Part shown: positions 45,281-54,164 of the stretch, one piece after another
How the letters are laid out: each line of letters opens with the position of its first letter
Position numbering within the stretch: position 1 is the stretch's first letter
DNA from: an uncultured Candidatus Micrarchaeota archaeon
GTDB lineage: Archaea; Micrarchaeota; Micrarchaeia; Anstonellales; J096
DNA length: 64,000 nucleotides
Direction: 5' to 3'
Assembly: GCA_938083015.1 (NCBI GenBank)
Contig: CALKCX010000003.1
Span: 83,861 to 147,860 of the forward strand
Notes under the pieces: model-generated
Database searches by the model: none
What the model was told of the DNA's origin: nothing
Seen by the model: the letters and a program-made list of their open reading frames with translations, nothing else
Made by a program: the position numbers and the translations under genes

Positions 45281-45584
45281 TCTTTTTCACTCGTCTTCTT
45301 ACTAATGGCTCTTCATCCTGAGTTTGCTCAGGCTCTTCAGTATTATTTGGAATCTCTGGTACCTCGGGGTTATCAGGTACAAGATAAGGATGATCAAGCT
45401 GGGTTTTAGAATTGATTTTTAGTATAGAATAAATAGGGCATACTCCTACTAAAGAAGTAGCTATAAGTATGAAAGATGGGACAAATAATATCAATTGATT
45501 CCATATAATACCGACCAACATCAATGCAATTCCAGCTATAAATCTAAGAGACCTATCGATATCTCCTATATTTCGTTCTAACAT
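45264..45584 (-). CDS. DUF2892 (YgaP-like) small membrane protein with an acidic/basic tail
   Basis: 106 aa. NIGDIDRSLRFIAGIALMLVGI plus a second TM, the typical DUF2892 layout. Confidence 0.6.
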   Translation of the reverse strand: MLERNIGDIDRSLRFIAGIALMLVGIIWNQLILFVPSFILIATSLVGVCPIYSILKINSKTQLDHPYLVPDNPEVPEIPNNTEEPEQTQDEEPLVRRRVKKNGKKK

Positions 45585-45607
45585 ATTTTATATAATTTAC
45601 TTAAGAA

Positions 45608-45613
45608 TTTAAA
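45608..45613 (-). promoter_or_regulatory. TTTAAA box for the DUF2892/PAC2/TPR operon
   Basis: Centre is 26.5 nt upstream of the ATG at 45584. Confidence 0.5.
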
Positions 45614-45615
45614 TG

Positions 45616-47148
45616 TTATCGTTTCAATATGAATAAAATTGCCCCAATTAAGATTAAAGGTATTAAGATAAATATCCAAGGGAATTCTTCGTCTTTTAAT
45701 ATTCGGACGTAATATTCTATAGGTTCGTGGCATTTTTCATATATTCTTATTTTATAATCTCCGGGTTCATCAAATCGAATTGATTTTGTTCTAAACATAG
45801 TAGTATTTTCTAACATATCACTAAATCTATATATTTCTATATTCGTCTGTATTGATTGGTTTTTATAATTTGCTACTTCAAATCTAAGCACAGTACCATT
45901 CTTAGTAATATAATAATTATCGACTTTAACATCATCATGATATACGTTGAAGATAAACTGGTTTAGTTTACCTTTAGACAATATTACCAAATCTACTTTA
46001 TCAGATTGACCTACTAGAAAATTTCCTTGATATGGTGCGACACATATAAGATTATATGTTTTAGGACTTAGACTGCCCCATCTTATTTTAGTCTCAGAGC
46101 CAATAGTATTATTATCTATAAATAAAATTGGAATTGTGCCAAAGTAAGTATAATTTATCTCTATGTCTCTACAATAATCAACATAGCTTCTTTTATTGAA
46201 ATAACAGGAATCTGCAGCGTATAAGAATATTGTAGAATTAATATTAGTACCAAACAGTCGTTGATTAGGTATATATATTAAATTTTTATCTATCTGAAAT
46301 TCGTATACTCCAACAGGTATACCATTATATATAAGATAACTGTATTTTCCATCATTGACGAATACAATTTGTTCATCTATATATTTTCTAGTTTTGACCG
46401 TAGGTGGCTCTATATTTAATTTTTTTCCATTCATATATATTCCATCTATTGTATGTACCGCATATTGATCTTCAACTTCAAAAACAGATAATACAGAAGT
46501 ATTAAAATATTTTACATCAATAACATCTCCCATTAGATTTATTACGTATAGCTGTTGATAATACGGTATATATATTTTCGATTCTCCATACCAGATCAAA
46601 GAACTAGTTTTAAGATCGTTTATTTTTACAGTATTATTACCTTGTAATATATACAATACGTCTCCTACTTTAACAGCGAAGTATCTTTTTCCTGCGTATA
46701 TATCATCAATCTTACCAATATCTAAAAGTTCCCCTATTTTATTAAGATCTGAACTAAATATTGTAATTTTATCAAATTCTCTTCCAGTTCTTTTAAGTAC
46801 AGCATATATGTAACCATTAGAATAATATATTTGATTAGCTTCTCCTTGTATATACCTTTGTACTATTACTTGATTGACCATTGCATATTCGACAATACCA
46901 TTTGTAGTAGGCAATATAGCTCTTCTAGGCATATCGATATAACCTGTTCCAATGATATTTCCATATTGAGATCTGTAAATCTGTTCTATAGTATTTGTAT
47001 TAATATTATATAATACCATTCCTTCAGGAGTAGTAATATAAAACAAAGGTCCTTGATAATGTTTTATATCTATAATGTTTAGCTGACTATCTTTAGATAA
47101 TACGGGCAGAGAATAAGATATTAGAATTAAACTAAGTAAAATGAGCAT
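45616..47148 (-). CDS. Large extracellular protein with a signal peptide and C-terminal membrane anchor
   Basis: 510 aa. N-terminal MLILLSLILISYSLPVLS and C-terminal FPWIFILIPLILIGAILFILKR, beta-rich in between. Overlaps rpl11 by 17 nt. Confidence 0.6.
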   Translation of the reverse strand: MLILLSLILISYSLPVLSKDSQLNIIDIKHYQGPLFYITTPEGMVLYNINTNTIEQIYRSQYGNIIGTGYIDMPRRAILPTTNGIVEYAMVNQVIVQRYIQGEANQIYYSNGYIYAVLKRTGREFDKITIFSSDLNKIGELLDIGKIDDIYAGKRYFAVKVGDVLYILQGNNTVKINDLKTSSLIWYGESKIYIPYYQQLYVINLMGDVIDVKYFNTSVLSVFEVEDQYAVHTIDGIYMNGKKLNIEPPTVKTRKYIDEQIVFVNDGKYSYLIYNGIPVGVYEFQIDKNLIYIPNQRLFGTNINSTIFLYAADSCYFNKRSYVDYCRDIEINYTYFGTIPILFIDNNTIGSETKIRWGSLSPKTYNLICVAPYQGNFLVGQSDKVDLVILSKGKLNQFIFNVYHDDVKVDNYYITKNGTVLRFEVANYKNQSIQTNIEIYRFSDMLENTTMFRTKSIRFDEPGDYKIRIYEKCHEPIEYYVRILKDEEFPWIFILIPLILIGAILFILKR

Positions 47149-47599
47149 CTTCCATCTTATCTATTTCTTTTATAACCTCTTTAGGATTTTTCCCATCTAC
47201 AGATAACCCAATACTTAGGCAAGTACCTAACAATTCTTTTACTCTAGCTTTTACATTTTTAGAATTAGATTTATCAATACTGTTTTTAGCTATTTCTATA
47301 ATTTTAACTAAACTTATATTACCTACATATGAATCGTGTTTTGAAGCTCCTTTTTCTATATTAGCTTCTTTTTTTATTAATTCTGTAGAAGGGGGCACCC
47401 CTACTTCTATTTCATAATTTTGCCCTTCGTAATATATGGTTACTGGTACTTTTATACCTTTAAAGTATTTAGTAGCTTTATTAATCTCTTCAATTACCTT
47501 TTGAACAGGAAGTTTAGCAGCACTAAGTGCAGGCCCTAATGGTGGAGTAGGTTTTGCCTCTCCTCCGTCTACCATAACTTTAATTTCTTTTCTTGTCAT
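47132..47599 (-). CDS. rpl11: 50S ribosomal protein uL11
   Basis: 155 aa. VDGGEAKPTPPLGPALSAAKL... is the hallmark L11 N-terminal domain. Confidence 0.9.
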   Translation of the reverse strand: MTRKEIKVMVDGGEAKPTPPLGPALSAAKLPVQKVIEEINKATKYFKGIKVPVTIYYEGQNYEIEVGVPPSTELIKKEANIEKGASKHDSYVGNISLVKIIEIAKNSIDKSNSKNVKARVKELLGTCLSIGLSVDGKNPKEVIKEIDKMEDAHFT

Positions 47600-47623
47600 G
47601 ATCTATTAAAATGAAGTATTATA

Positions 47624-47629
47624 TTTAAA
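47624..47629. promoter_or_regulatory. Shared TTTAAA box for the divergent rpl11 and GGGPS operons
   Basis: Centre is 27.5 nt from the ATG at 47599 (-) and 26.5 nt from the ATG at 47653 (+). Confidence 0.55.
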
Positions 47630-47652
47630 AATATTTAGCAGAATTTAATTCT

Positions 47653-48396
47653 ATGGATGTGATTAGATATTTATACGAAAAAAGAGATAACGGAGAAAAA
47701 TTGTTATTTGCAGTTATAGATCCTCTTGATTATCAATCTTTAGACCATGCTGTTAAAGTAGCAATATCTTCTTATAATGCAGGGTTTGATATGATATTAG
47801 TTGGAGGCTCAATTGGAGTACAAGGAGAGATTTTAGATTACACGGTTAAGATGATAAAAGAAAACGTTAGTATTCCCGTTGTATTATTTCCAGGTAATCT
47901 AGCTACTATTACTAGGTATGCCGATGGAATATATTTTATGAGTTTATTAAATTCTAGAAATCCATATTGGATAACAAGAGTACAATTATTAGCATTACCA
48001 ATGATAAAGAGATTAAACATACAGGTAATACCTACTGCTTATGTTGTAGTAGAACCAGGAGGTACTGTTGGATGGGTAGGTGACGTCGATCTTATACCTC
48101 AGAATAAACCTAAATTATTAGGAGGATTCGCTGCATTAGCAGAAGTATTGGGGTTTAAGCTTTTCTTAGCAGACGTAGGTAGTAATGCTGACAAACACAT
48201 ACCTTTAGAAGGGGTAAGAGAGATAAAGAATAACACAGAATCAATACTAAAGGTAATCGCAGGAGGGGTAAAGAATGAAGAGCAACTTAAGACATTATAC
48301 AAAGCTGGTGCAGATGCAGTACAGATAGGTACTGTGCTAGAGAAAGGAGAGATGCCAGAAAAATTTGCAAGGGTGAAAAGAGAATGGAAAAACTAG
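47653..48396 (+). CDS. Geranylgeranylglyceryl phosphate synthase (PcrB/GGGPS family)
   Basis: 247 aa. VIDPLD, MILVGGSIGV, VVLFPGN, FMSLLNSRNPYWI and IAGGVKNEEQ...GADAVQIGT blocks. Confidence 0.85.
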   Translation: MDVIRYLYEKRDNGEKLLFAVIDPLDYQSLDHAVKVAISSYNAGFDMILVGGSIGVQGEILDYTVKMIKENVSIPVVLFPGNLATITRYADGIYFMSLLNSRNPYWITRVQLLALPMIKRLNIQVIPTAYVVVEPGGTVGWVGDVDLIPQNKPKLLGGFAALAEVLGFKLFLADVGSNADKHIPLEGVREIKNNTESILKVIAGGVKNEEQLKTLYKAGADAVQIGTVLEKGEMPEKFARVKREWKN

Positions 48397-49838
48397 GTTT
48401 TATAATATCAAGTACGAATAATTTTTTTGATTTTCTAATTGAAAAAGAGGTAAAGATTAACGAATACGTCATATCAGATAGTAACATATTTGGTAGAGTC
48501 ATAGGTATAGAGAATTGGAACCCTCTTTTAAATGATGAAATAGTATTAAGATTTCGCGAAGATCTTTTATCTTTTATGTCTAAAAACGATAATTTAGAAG
48601 TAGCTACTGTAAGAGTATTGGGAAAGCTAGATAAAGAGATGGTAACAAATGCTTATGTACCTCCAAAACCTATGGAAGATGTTAAAAGATTAACATTAGA
48701 AAGACTTGAAAAGATCTTAGGAGTAAGACAGGATATAGATGGAATACATATAGGTAATATATTGCCTTATAATCATCCTATAAAAATAGACCCATATCAA
48801 CTTATAGAAAAACATTTTGGAGTTTTAGCTATGAGTGGAGCTGGTAAAAGCAATCTTATATCGCTAATATTGAAAGAATTTGCTCAAAAAGATTTAGGCA
48901 TAAGAGTAGTTGTTCTAGATATGCATAATGAATACTATAAATTCGCTAGAAAATTTCCAACGAAGTATATTTCAATAGACTCTTCAGATATAAGATTACC
49001 TAATGAACATTTAAACAAATACATATTAAATTTAGAAGAATTTAGTGAAAAACAAAAACAATATCTTAACAATGCTTTTAAAGATCTTTCCAATAGGTAT
49101 CCCCCATCTATCAACGATCTTATAGAATATTTTAATAAAAAAGACGATAGTACAGCTAGAGCTATATCATGGAGATTAGAGAAAATAAAAGAATATGGTA
49201 TATTTGCAGAAAGTGTAGAAAGTAATTTATTTAATAAAATAGATTTGCTAAGATCTAGATCTTTGATAATTAACTTCTCAGATTCTTATCAGAATGAAAA
49301 TCTAATGGTAATACGAGCTTACGGTTTATTAGAAGAATTATTAAAGTATAGAAAAGGACTGGGGTCTATAGGAAATAATCCAAGAATACCACCAGTATTG
49401 GTAATTGTAGAAGAGGCACATTTGTTAGCATCTAACGAAGCAATTGAAAATAGCTTAACGCAAGGAGTATTAACTAGAATAGCAAGAGAGGGAAGAAAAT
49501 TCGGTCTATGCTTAGGTATTGTCTCTCAAAGACCACACTATTTAAACCAGACGGTAATGGCCCAACTAAACGTACAAATATTTCTAAGAATGGTCAATCC
49601 AAATGATCTTGATTATATAAAAAATGTAAGCGAATATTTAGATCAGACAGATATTAACTCTATTCCTGATCTAATGCCAGGTCAAGCAATAGTAGCTGGA
49701 CTTTATAAATATCCTTTGTTTATGCAATTCAATTTAATTGATCAAGAACTTAAAGCTGGGTATAATTCTCTTAAGCAGATGAGTGAAGAATGGAATTATA
49801 AAAACAATAATGATTATCAATACTATCAAGAAGATTAA
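48384..49838 (+). CDS. herA: HerA-like (DUF87/FtsK-HerA superfamily) ATPase
   Basis: 484 aa. N-terminal barrel-like region, Walker A AMSGAGKSNLISL, Walker B VLVIVEEAHLLA, and GRKFGLCLGIVSQRP. Confidence 0.8.
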   Translation: MEKLGFIISSTNNFFDFLIEKEVKINEYVISDSNIFGRVIGIENWNPLLNDEIVLRFREDLLSFMSKNDNLEVATVRVLGKLDKEMVTNAYVPPKPMEDVKRLTLERLEKILGVRQDIDGIHIGNILPYNHPIKIDPYQLIEKHFGVLAMSGAGKSNLISLILKEFAQKDLGIRVVVLDMHNEYYKFARKFPTKYISIDSSDIRLPNEHLNKYILNLEEFSEKQKQYLNNAFKDLSNRYPPSINDLIEYFNKKDDSTARAISWRLEKIKEYGIFAESVESNLFNKIDLLRSRSLIINFSDSYQNENLMVIRAYGLLEELLKYRKGLGSIGNNPRIPPVLVIVEEAHLLASNEAIENSLTQGVLTRIAREGRKFGLCLGIVSQRPHYLNQTVMAQLNVQIFLRMVNPNDLDYIKNVSEYLDQTDINSIPDLMPGQAIVAGLYKYPLFMQFNLIDQELKAGYNSLKQMSEEWNYKNNNDYQYYQED

Positions 49839-49879
49839 AAAGATTTTTAAACCTTTTTCTCTATATAATAATTGTTTGG

Positions 49880-50491
49880 GTGTTATTTATGGACCCTTCT
49901 TTATCAAAGATTGTAAAAACTATTCAGAGAGAAGTAGATGTTGAACAAGTTATAGATAACATAGGTGTTTTCATAGATAGAGATGGAAGCATATTATCGA
50001 AGTTTTCTCCTCAAGAATTAGCAGATTATATAAACGAATTAGTAGATGAAGGTGCTTATATTACTGTACAGAATTACGTAGATTCTGTCGATGAACTTGA
50101 ATGGATGTATCAAAAACTACAAGAATTAAAAGAAGGAAGAAGGTTTATCATAATAGCTGTAGATTTAAGAAAAGGTAGAATAGCTGGTTTACTTGAACTT
50201 AAGCCAGATAGGCCTCCATTTCAACATAATTGTGAATTTAGTATTAGTGTTAGACCTGAGTATAGAGGTATGGGCCTAGGAAGTACTATGTTTAAAATAG
50301 CAATTTCAGAAGCTAAGAGATTAGGTTATATAAATATATATCTGTACGTGGCCTCAGAGAATAAGAAAGCAATACGTCTTTATAGGAAACTAGGCTTTAG
50401 GAAGATTGCTGAACTTAAAAAATATAGATCGCATTATGGTAAGTTTATAGATGAAGTAGTTATGGTTTATACTGGTAAAACAAGAGAATGA
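49880..50491 (+). CDS. GNAT-family N-acetyltransferase
   Basis: 203 aa (GTG at 49880, alternative ATG at 49889). VRPEYRGMGLGSTMFKIAISEAKRLG and NKKAIRLYRKLGF acetyl-CoA binding motifs. Confidence 0.8.
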   Translation: MLFMDPSLSKIVKTIQREVDVEQVIDNIGVFIDRDGSILSKFSPQELADYINELVDEGAYITVQNYVDSVDELEWMYQKLQELKEGRRFIIIAVDLRKGRIAGLLELKPDRPPFQHNCEFSISVRPEYRGMGLGSTMFKIAISEAKRLGYINIYLYVASENKKAIRLYRKLGFRKIAELKKYRSHYGKFIDEVVMVYTGKTRE

Positions 50492-50493
50492 TA

Positions 50494-50499
50494 TTTAAA
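50494..50499 (+). promoter_or_regulatory. TTTAAA box for the gene 50520-51308
   Basis: Centre is 23.5 nt upstream of the ATG at 50520. Confidence 0.45.
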
Positions 50500-50519
50500 C
50501 AGAAAAGATATATAGAAAT

Positions 50520-51308
50520 ATGTTGAATCAACAATTTTCTCTTGATAGTGGCCTATTGGCATTGGGGTTTAAGCAAGAACATATAGATATTTTAAAAGGT
50601 TATAAAGCTTTATTTTGTCAAGATTTAACAGACATGGAATTTTATAAAGCAGTAGAGAATACTAATAAGGTAATTTCAATTCATAAAGATTTTGGTGGAT
50701 TTATGAAAGTTTTGAAATATTATATAGAGGAAGTTAGAAAAGAAATATATTCAACATATAATTTTAGAGCAATTGGATATATGAGAAGTCAATTCATAGA
50801 GGCAGGAATGGAATATGAACAAGCTCAAACATTGATAAAATACATAAGAAAAGCACAATTAAAAATATCTCCTTATGACACGATTAATTATGTTAAGTTA
50901 TTATACACACCAGATATTGATTTTCAAGATTTTGTAAAAAAAGTATTGATGGCATTAGCAGAGATAAATCTTAATTTAAGTAATTCAAGATCAATAGTAT
51001 TTAAATATCAAACACCACCTTATATCATTACACAACAAGAATTAGAAAAAGGCATTGAATTAGCTATTGGAAATTCTATAGCTGTTGATAAACAACATTA
51101 TCAAAGGATTAAAGAGTTTGTAGATAATTCAAATATTCCGGATTCAGAATTATTTGAAAAACTTATTTCTAACAAATACTTAGATTCTTATGTTAAACTT
51201 GAAAAGATATTACCATATGTGGACAAAATTGATATTAGATCTTTTGTAACAGCTATATTATACGTGGCATCTGGTGGAAAAACTACTGATGTAAAAAACA
51301 TGTTTTAA
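50520..51308 (+). CDS. Hypothetical protein (262 aa)
   Basis: Long ORF with its own promoter box. No family recognised. Confidence 0.55.
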   Translation: MLNQQFSLDSGLLALGFKQEHIDILKGYKALFCQDLTDMEFYKAVENTNKVISIHKDFGGFMKVLKYYIEEVRKEIYSTYNFRAIGYMRSQFIEAGMEYEQAQTLIKYIRKAQLKISPYDTINYVKLLYTPDIDFQDFVKKVLMALAEINLNLSNSRSIVFKYQTPPYIITQQELEKGIELAIGNSIAVDKQHYQRIKEFVDNSNIPDSELFEKLISNKYLDSYVKLEKILPYVDKIDIRSFVTAILYVASGGKTTDVKNMF

Positions 51309-51312
51309 TACA

Positions 51313-51386
51313 CGGGCCCGAGGGGATTCGAACCCCTGACCTATGGGTTAAAAGCCCACCGCTCTACCAGGCTGAGCTACGGGCCC
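51313..51386 (-). tRNA. tRNA-Lys(UUU)
   Basis: Hand-folded. Acceptor GGGCCCG/CGGGCCC, anticodon stem GTGGG/CCCAT with loop CT-TTT-AA, T-arm AGGGG-TTCGAAT-CCCCT, discriminator G, no CCA. Confidence 0.9.
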
Positions 51387-51408
51387 CTATTAAAATAAAT
51401 AAGATAAT

Positions 51409-51414
51409 TTTAAA
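51409..51414 (-). promoter_or_regulatory. TTTAAA box for tRNA-Lys
   Basis: Centre is 25.5 nt upstream of tRNA +1 (51386). Confidence 0.6.
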
Positions 51415-51461
51415 TGTTTTTACATAGCTTAAAAGATTAAAAAGAGAGAAAAATAAAGAAA

Positions 51462-51760
<299 letters not shown>

Positions 51761-51764
<4 letters not shown>

Positions 51765-52567
51765 ATTTTATCACCTTTAATATAATATCCTATAAATACG
51801 TTTTTATATATTATACTTTCAATACTCATTGATGAATAATAACCTGTATTTGTCGAAAGATTAATGGCCTGATTTAAAGCATTTATCAATATCTTCTCTA
51901 TACTTAAGCTATTAGGATATGATGTATTTATAGCAAGATTTACAACTTGTATTGTTGAATCTTCAATATCTTTAGCTAAGTTTTGATCAAATTCAAATAC
52001 ATTACTTGGGAATTCTGTTTCCCAATCATACGCATAAGCTATTTTTGCCCTTATTTTAAATGGTTTTATACCTAATAATTGTAATGCCTGTGCTTGAATA
52101 CTAGTTATAGTCTGACCTGCTTTGACAAGAGTTGTTGTCTTAGCTATTTTTATTTTACCTTTATCTACTTTTGCATCTAATCCTGCTTGTTTAAGTACTG
52201 ATAAAGATGGACCTGGTGCTAAAGTAGTATCCATTTCTTCAACTATTATATCATCTGTAGCTATTTGACCTGCCTTTGCTGCAACCGATAATTGCTCTTG
52301 TCTTAGAAGTTTTTCCACATTATAAGGAGTGAGATTTGTAAATATAAGCAATACTGGATAATCTATTTGGTAATTGCCTTTTCTAGCTTTAATTAATCTG
52401 TTTACCACAGTTTTTTTCAACACTTTACTATACCCTTCTATTCTGGCCCTGATGTTTTTTTGTAACTGAGCTGGGACTTTTCTTATGTTTATCAAGACCA
52501 TTGTTTTATACTTTTTACTCAATTCTATAAGTTCATCAACTTGTTTACTTAAAATTTTTGATCTCAT
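51761..52567 (-). CDS. rplP0: 50S ribosomal stalk protein P0 (uL10), short form without the acidic tail
   Basis: 268 aa. uL10-like N-terminal domain, in L1-P0-P1 gene order. Ends ...[10 protein letters not shown] without the P1-like tail. Confidence 0.8.
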
Positions 52568-52569
52568 AA

Positions 52570-53199
52570 TTACTCACCTAATTTAACTTTAACAGGAGGA
52601 GACATAGATAATTTAAAGTATATCGACCTTATATTTGATCTAAGTTTTCTCTTATCCAATTCTTCTAATATATACATTGCATTTTCATATAGATCATCTA
52701 TTGACATGTTTTCTGTACCTATTACTAATTGCACAGTAGGTAAGAATTTTCCCCTTGAGGTATATCTAATAAGATGTTTAGCAGCTTCAACAAGTTTTAC
52801 AGGATCCCCAACTATTGGCAATATCGTATTTCCCCTAGTTCCCAGTATTTTACCCCAGACTTTAGCTACATTTGGTATAAACTGTGGCATTACATAAAAT
52901 ACAGAATCTTTAGCAATCTTTTTTACAGTCTTTATATCAATATTATTTATTTCATCTGGTTTTAGTAAATAATCTACATTTACATTTGCCCCTTTTATTT
53001 TATATATCGTTACTTCATCTGCAACAACAATTATCTTGTTAGGTTTACCTTTACCTTTAGGTAATACTAAGCTTAGATTTAATCTATTCTTCTTAAAATC
53101 TACTCCTTTGAAGTTTATTATCATCTCTAGACTTTGAACAAAATTCCTATTCTTTTTATTGGCCATTGCCGCCTCTATACTTTTTCTAATTTCATTCAT
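52570..53199 (-). CDS. rpl1: 50S ribosomal protein uL1
   Basis: 209 aa from the ATG at 53199, preceded by GGAGGTGA (53211-53204). The track start at 53214 is a GTG inside the SD. L1-like blocks are present. Confidence 0.9.
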   Translation of the reverse strand: MNEIRKSIEAAMANKKNRNFVQSLEMIINFKGVDFKKNRLNLSLVLPKGKGKPNKIIVVADEVTIYKIKGANVNVDYLLKPDEINNIDIKTVKKIAKDSVFYVMPQFIPNVAKVWGKILGTRGNTILPIVGDPVKLVEAAKHLIRYTSRGKFLPTVQLVIGTENMSIDDLYENAMYILEELDKRKLRSNIRSIYFKLSMSPPVKVKLGE

Positions 53200-53261
53200 A
53201 TTCTCACCTCCCACTTATAGTGGTAATCGGCATTTATAAATAATAAGATATATTTTAAATA

Positions 53262-53762
53262 TTATCTATTTACCAATCTAGCTGCTATTACATAACCGAT
53301 ATCAAATAAGATAATTGCATAAAAATCTTCAATATATTTTTCTAATTTTATACCTTCTATAGCGTATATCAATAGAGAAAGTATCATCATTCCTAGTAAG
53401 GCCACATATATTAATATTCTCTCATAACCAAACAATTTTATCTCTTTTTCATCATAATATAAAGCTATTAGATATATTAAAAATGGGGCCAATCTAAAAC
53501 TAGAGTTTTCTCCATAGATTAATGATAAGATCAGGCCTAATATAGCAGCTAAAAAATATAAATTCAAAGTTTTAGTATCAATTTTACCTGCAAAGTATAC
53601 TGCTAGAATAATAGCTAACCCCATGACTAGAAAATGAATTAAATAAATGGTCCATAATATTACAGAAATTAAAATCAATATTTTGGCAATTATATCTAAT
53701 TCTCTATCATCAAGATATTTTGATATAAATCCTAGTAAAAATGCAGAGAGATATTGATACAT
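53262..53762 (-). CDS. Polytopic membrane protein (166 aa), unknown function
   Basis: Hydrophobic ORF. TTTAAA 53784-53789 is centred 24.5 nt upstream of the ATG. Confidence 0.5.
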   Translation of the reverse strand: MYQYLSAFLLGFISKYLDDRELDIIAKILILISVILWTIYLIHFLVMGLAIILAVYFAGKIDTKTLNLYFLAAILGLILSLIYGENSSFRLAPFLIYLIALYYDEKEIKLFGYERILIYVALLGMMILSLLIYAIEGIKLEKYIEDFYAIILFDIGYVIAARLVNR

Positions 53763-53769
53763 ATATTAT

Positions 53770-53775
53770 TTTAAA
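53770..53775 (+). promoter_or_regulatory. TTTAAA box for tRNA-Cys
   Basis: Centre is 24.5 nt upstream of tRNA +1 (53797). Crosses the divergent promoter at 53784-53789. Confidence 0.55.
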
Positions 53776-53783
53776 GATAACAT

Positions 53784-53789
53784 TTTAAA
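53784..53789 (-). promoter_or_regulatory. TTTAAA box for the membrane protein gene 53262-53762
   Basis: Centre is 24.5 nt upstream of the ATG at 53762. Confidence 0.5.
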
Positions 53790-53796
53790 TAACAAT

Positions 53797-53888
53797 GCCG
53801 GGTTGGCGGAGCGGCTACGCAACCGGCTGCAGATAGCTCCAGTTATAGTAGAAACCGGTGTAGGTGGGTTCGACTCCCACACCCGGCT
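53797..53888 (+). tRNA. tRNA-Cys(GCA) with a ~21-nt intron after position 37
   Basis: Hand-folded. Acceptor GCCGGGT/ACCCGGC, anticodon stem ACCGG/CCGGT, loop CT-GCA-G, intron about 53833-53853, T-arm GTGGG-TTCGACT-CCCAC. Discriminator U fits tRNA-Cys identity. No CCA. Confidence 0.75.
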
Positions 53889-54135
53889 ATCCTAATCTAT
53901 TCATACTTATGATTTGCACAGAAGATACACCTTCTATTTCAGATAGATTATATTCGATATCTTCGACAGATTGGTCTTCATCTAATATAAAAAGAGCTTG
54001 AATAGCTTTTATACCGAACCCAACATCAACCATTTTAATATCTTTAATATCATAACTGTCTTTAAGTCTTTCTTGAACATTAACTAAATAATCTGGATCA
54101 ACGTTTATTTGAAAAATTACACTCATCTTGGCCAT
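53887..54135 (-). CDS. Elongation factor 1-beta (aEF-1beta)
   Basis: 82 aa. The pattern ...VDVGFGIKAIQALFILDEDQ...IEGVSSVQIISMNR matches the aEF-1beta family. Confidence 0.75.
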   Translation of the reverse strand: MAKMSVIFQINVDPDYLVNVQERLKDSYDIKDIKMVDVGFGIKAIQALFILDEDQSVEDIEYNLSEIEGVSSVQIISMNRLG

Positions 54136-54158
54136 GTTTTTATTTTAATAAGATGTTT

Positions 54159-54164
54159 TTTAAA
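54159..54164 (-). promoter_or_regulatory. TTTAAA box for the aEF-1beta gene
   Basis: Centre is 26.5 nt upstream of the ATG at 54135. Confidence 0.5.
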
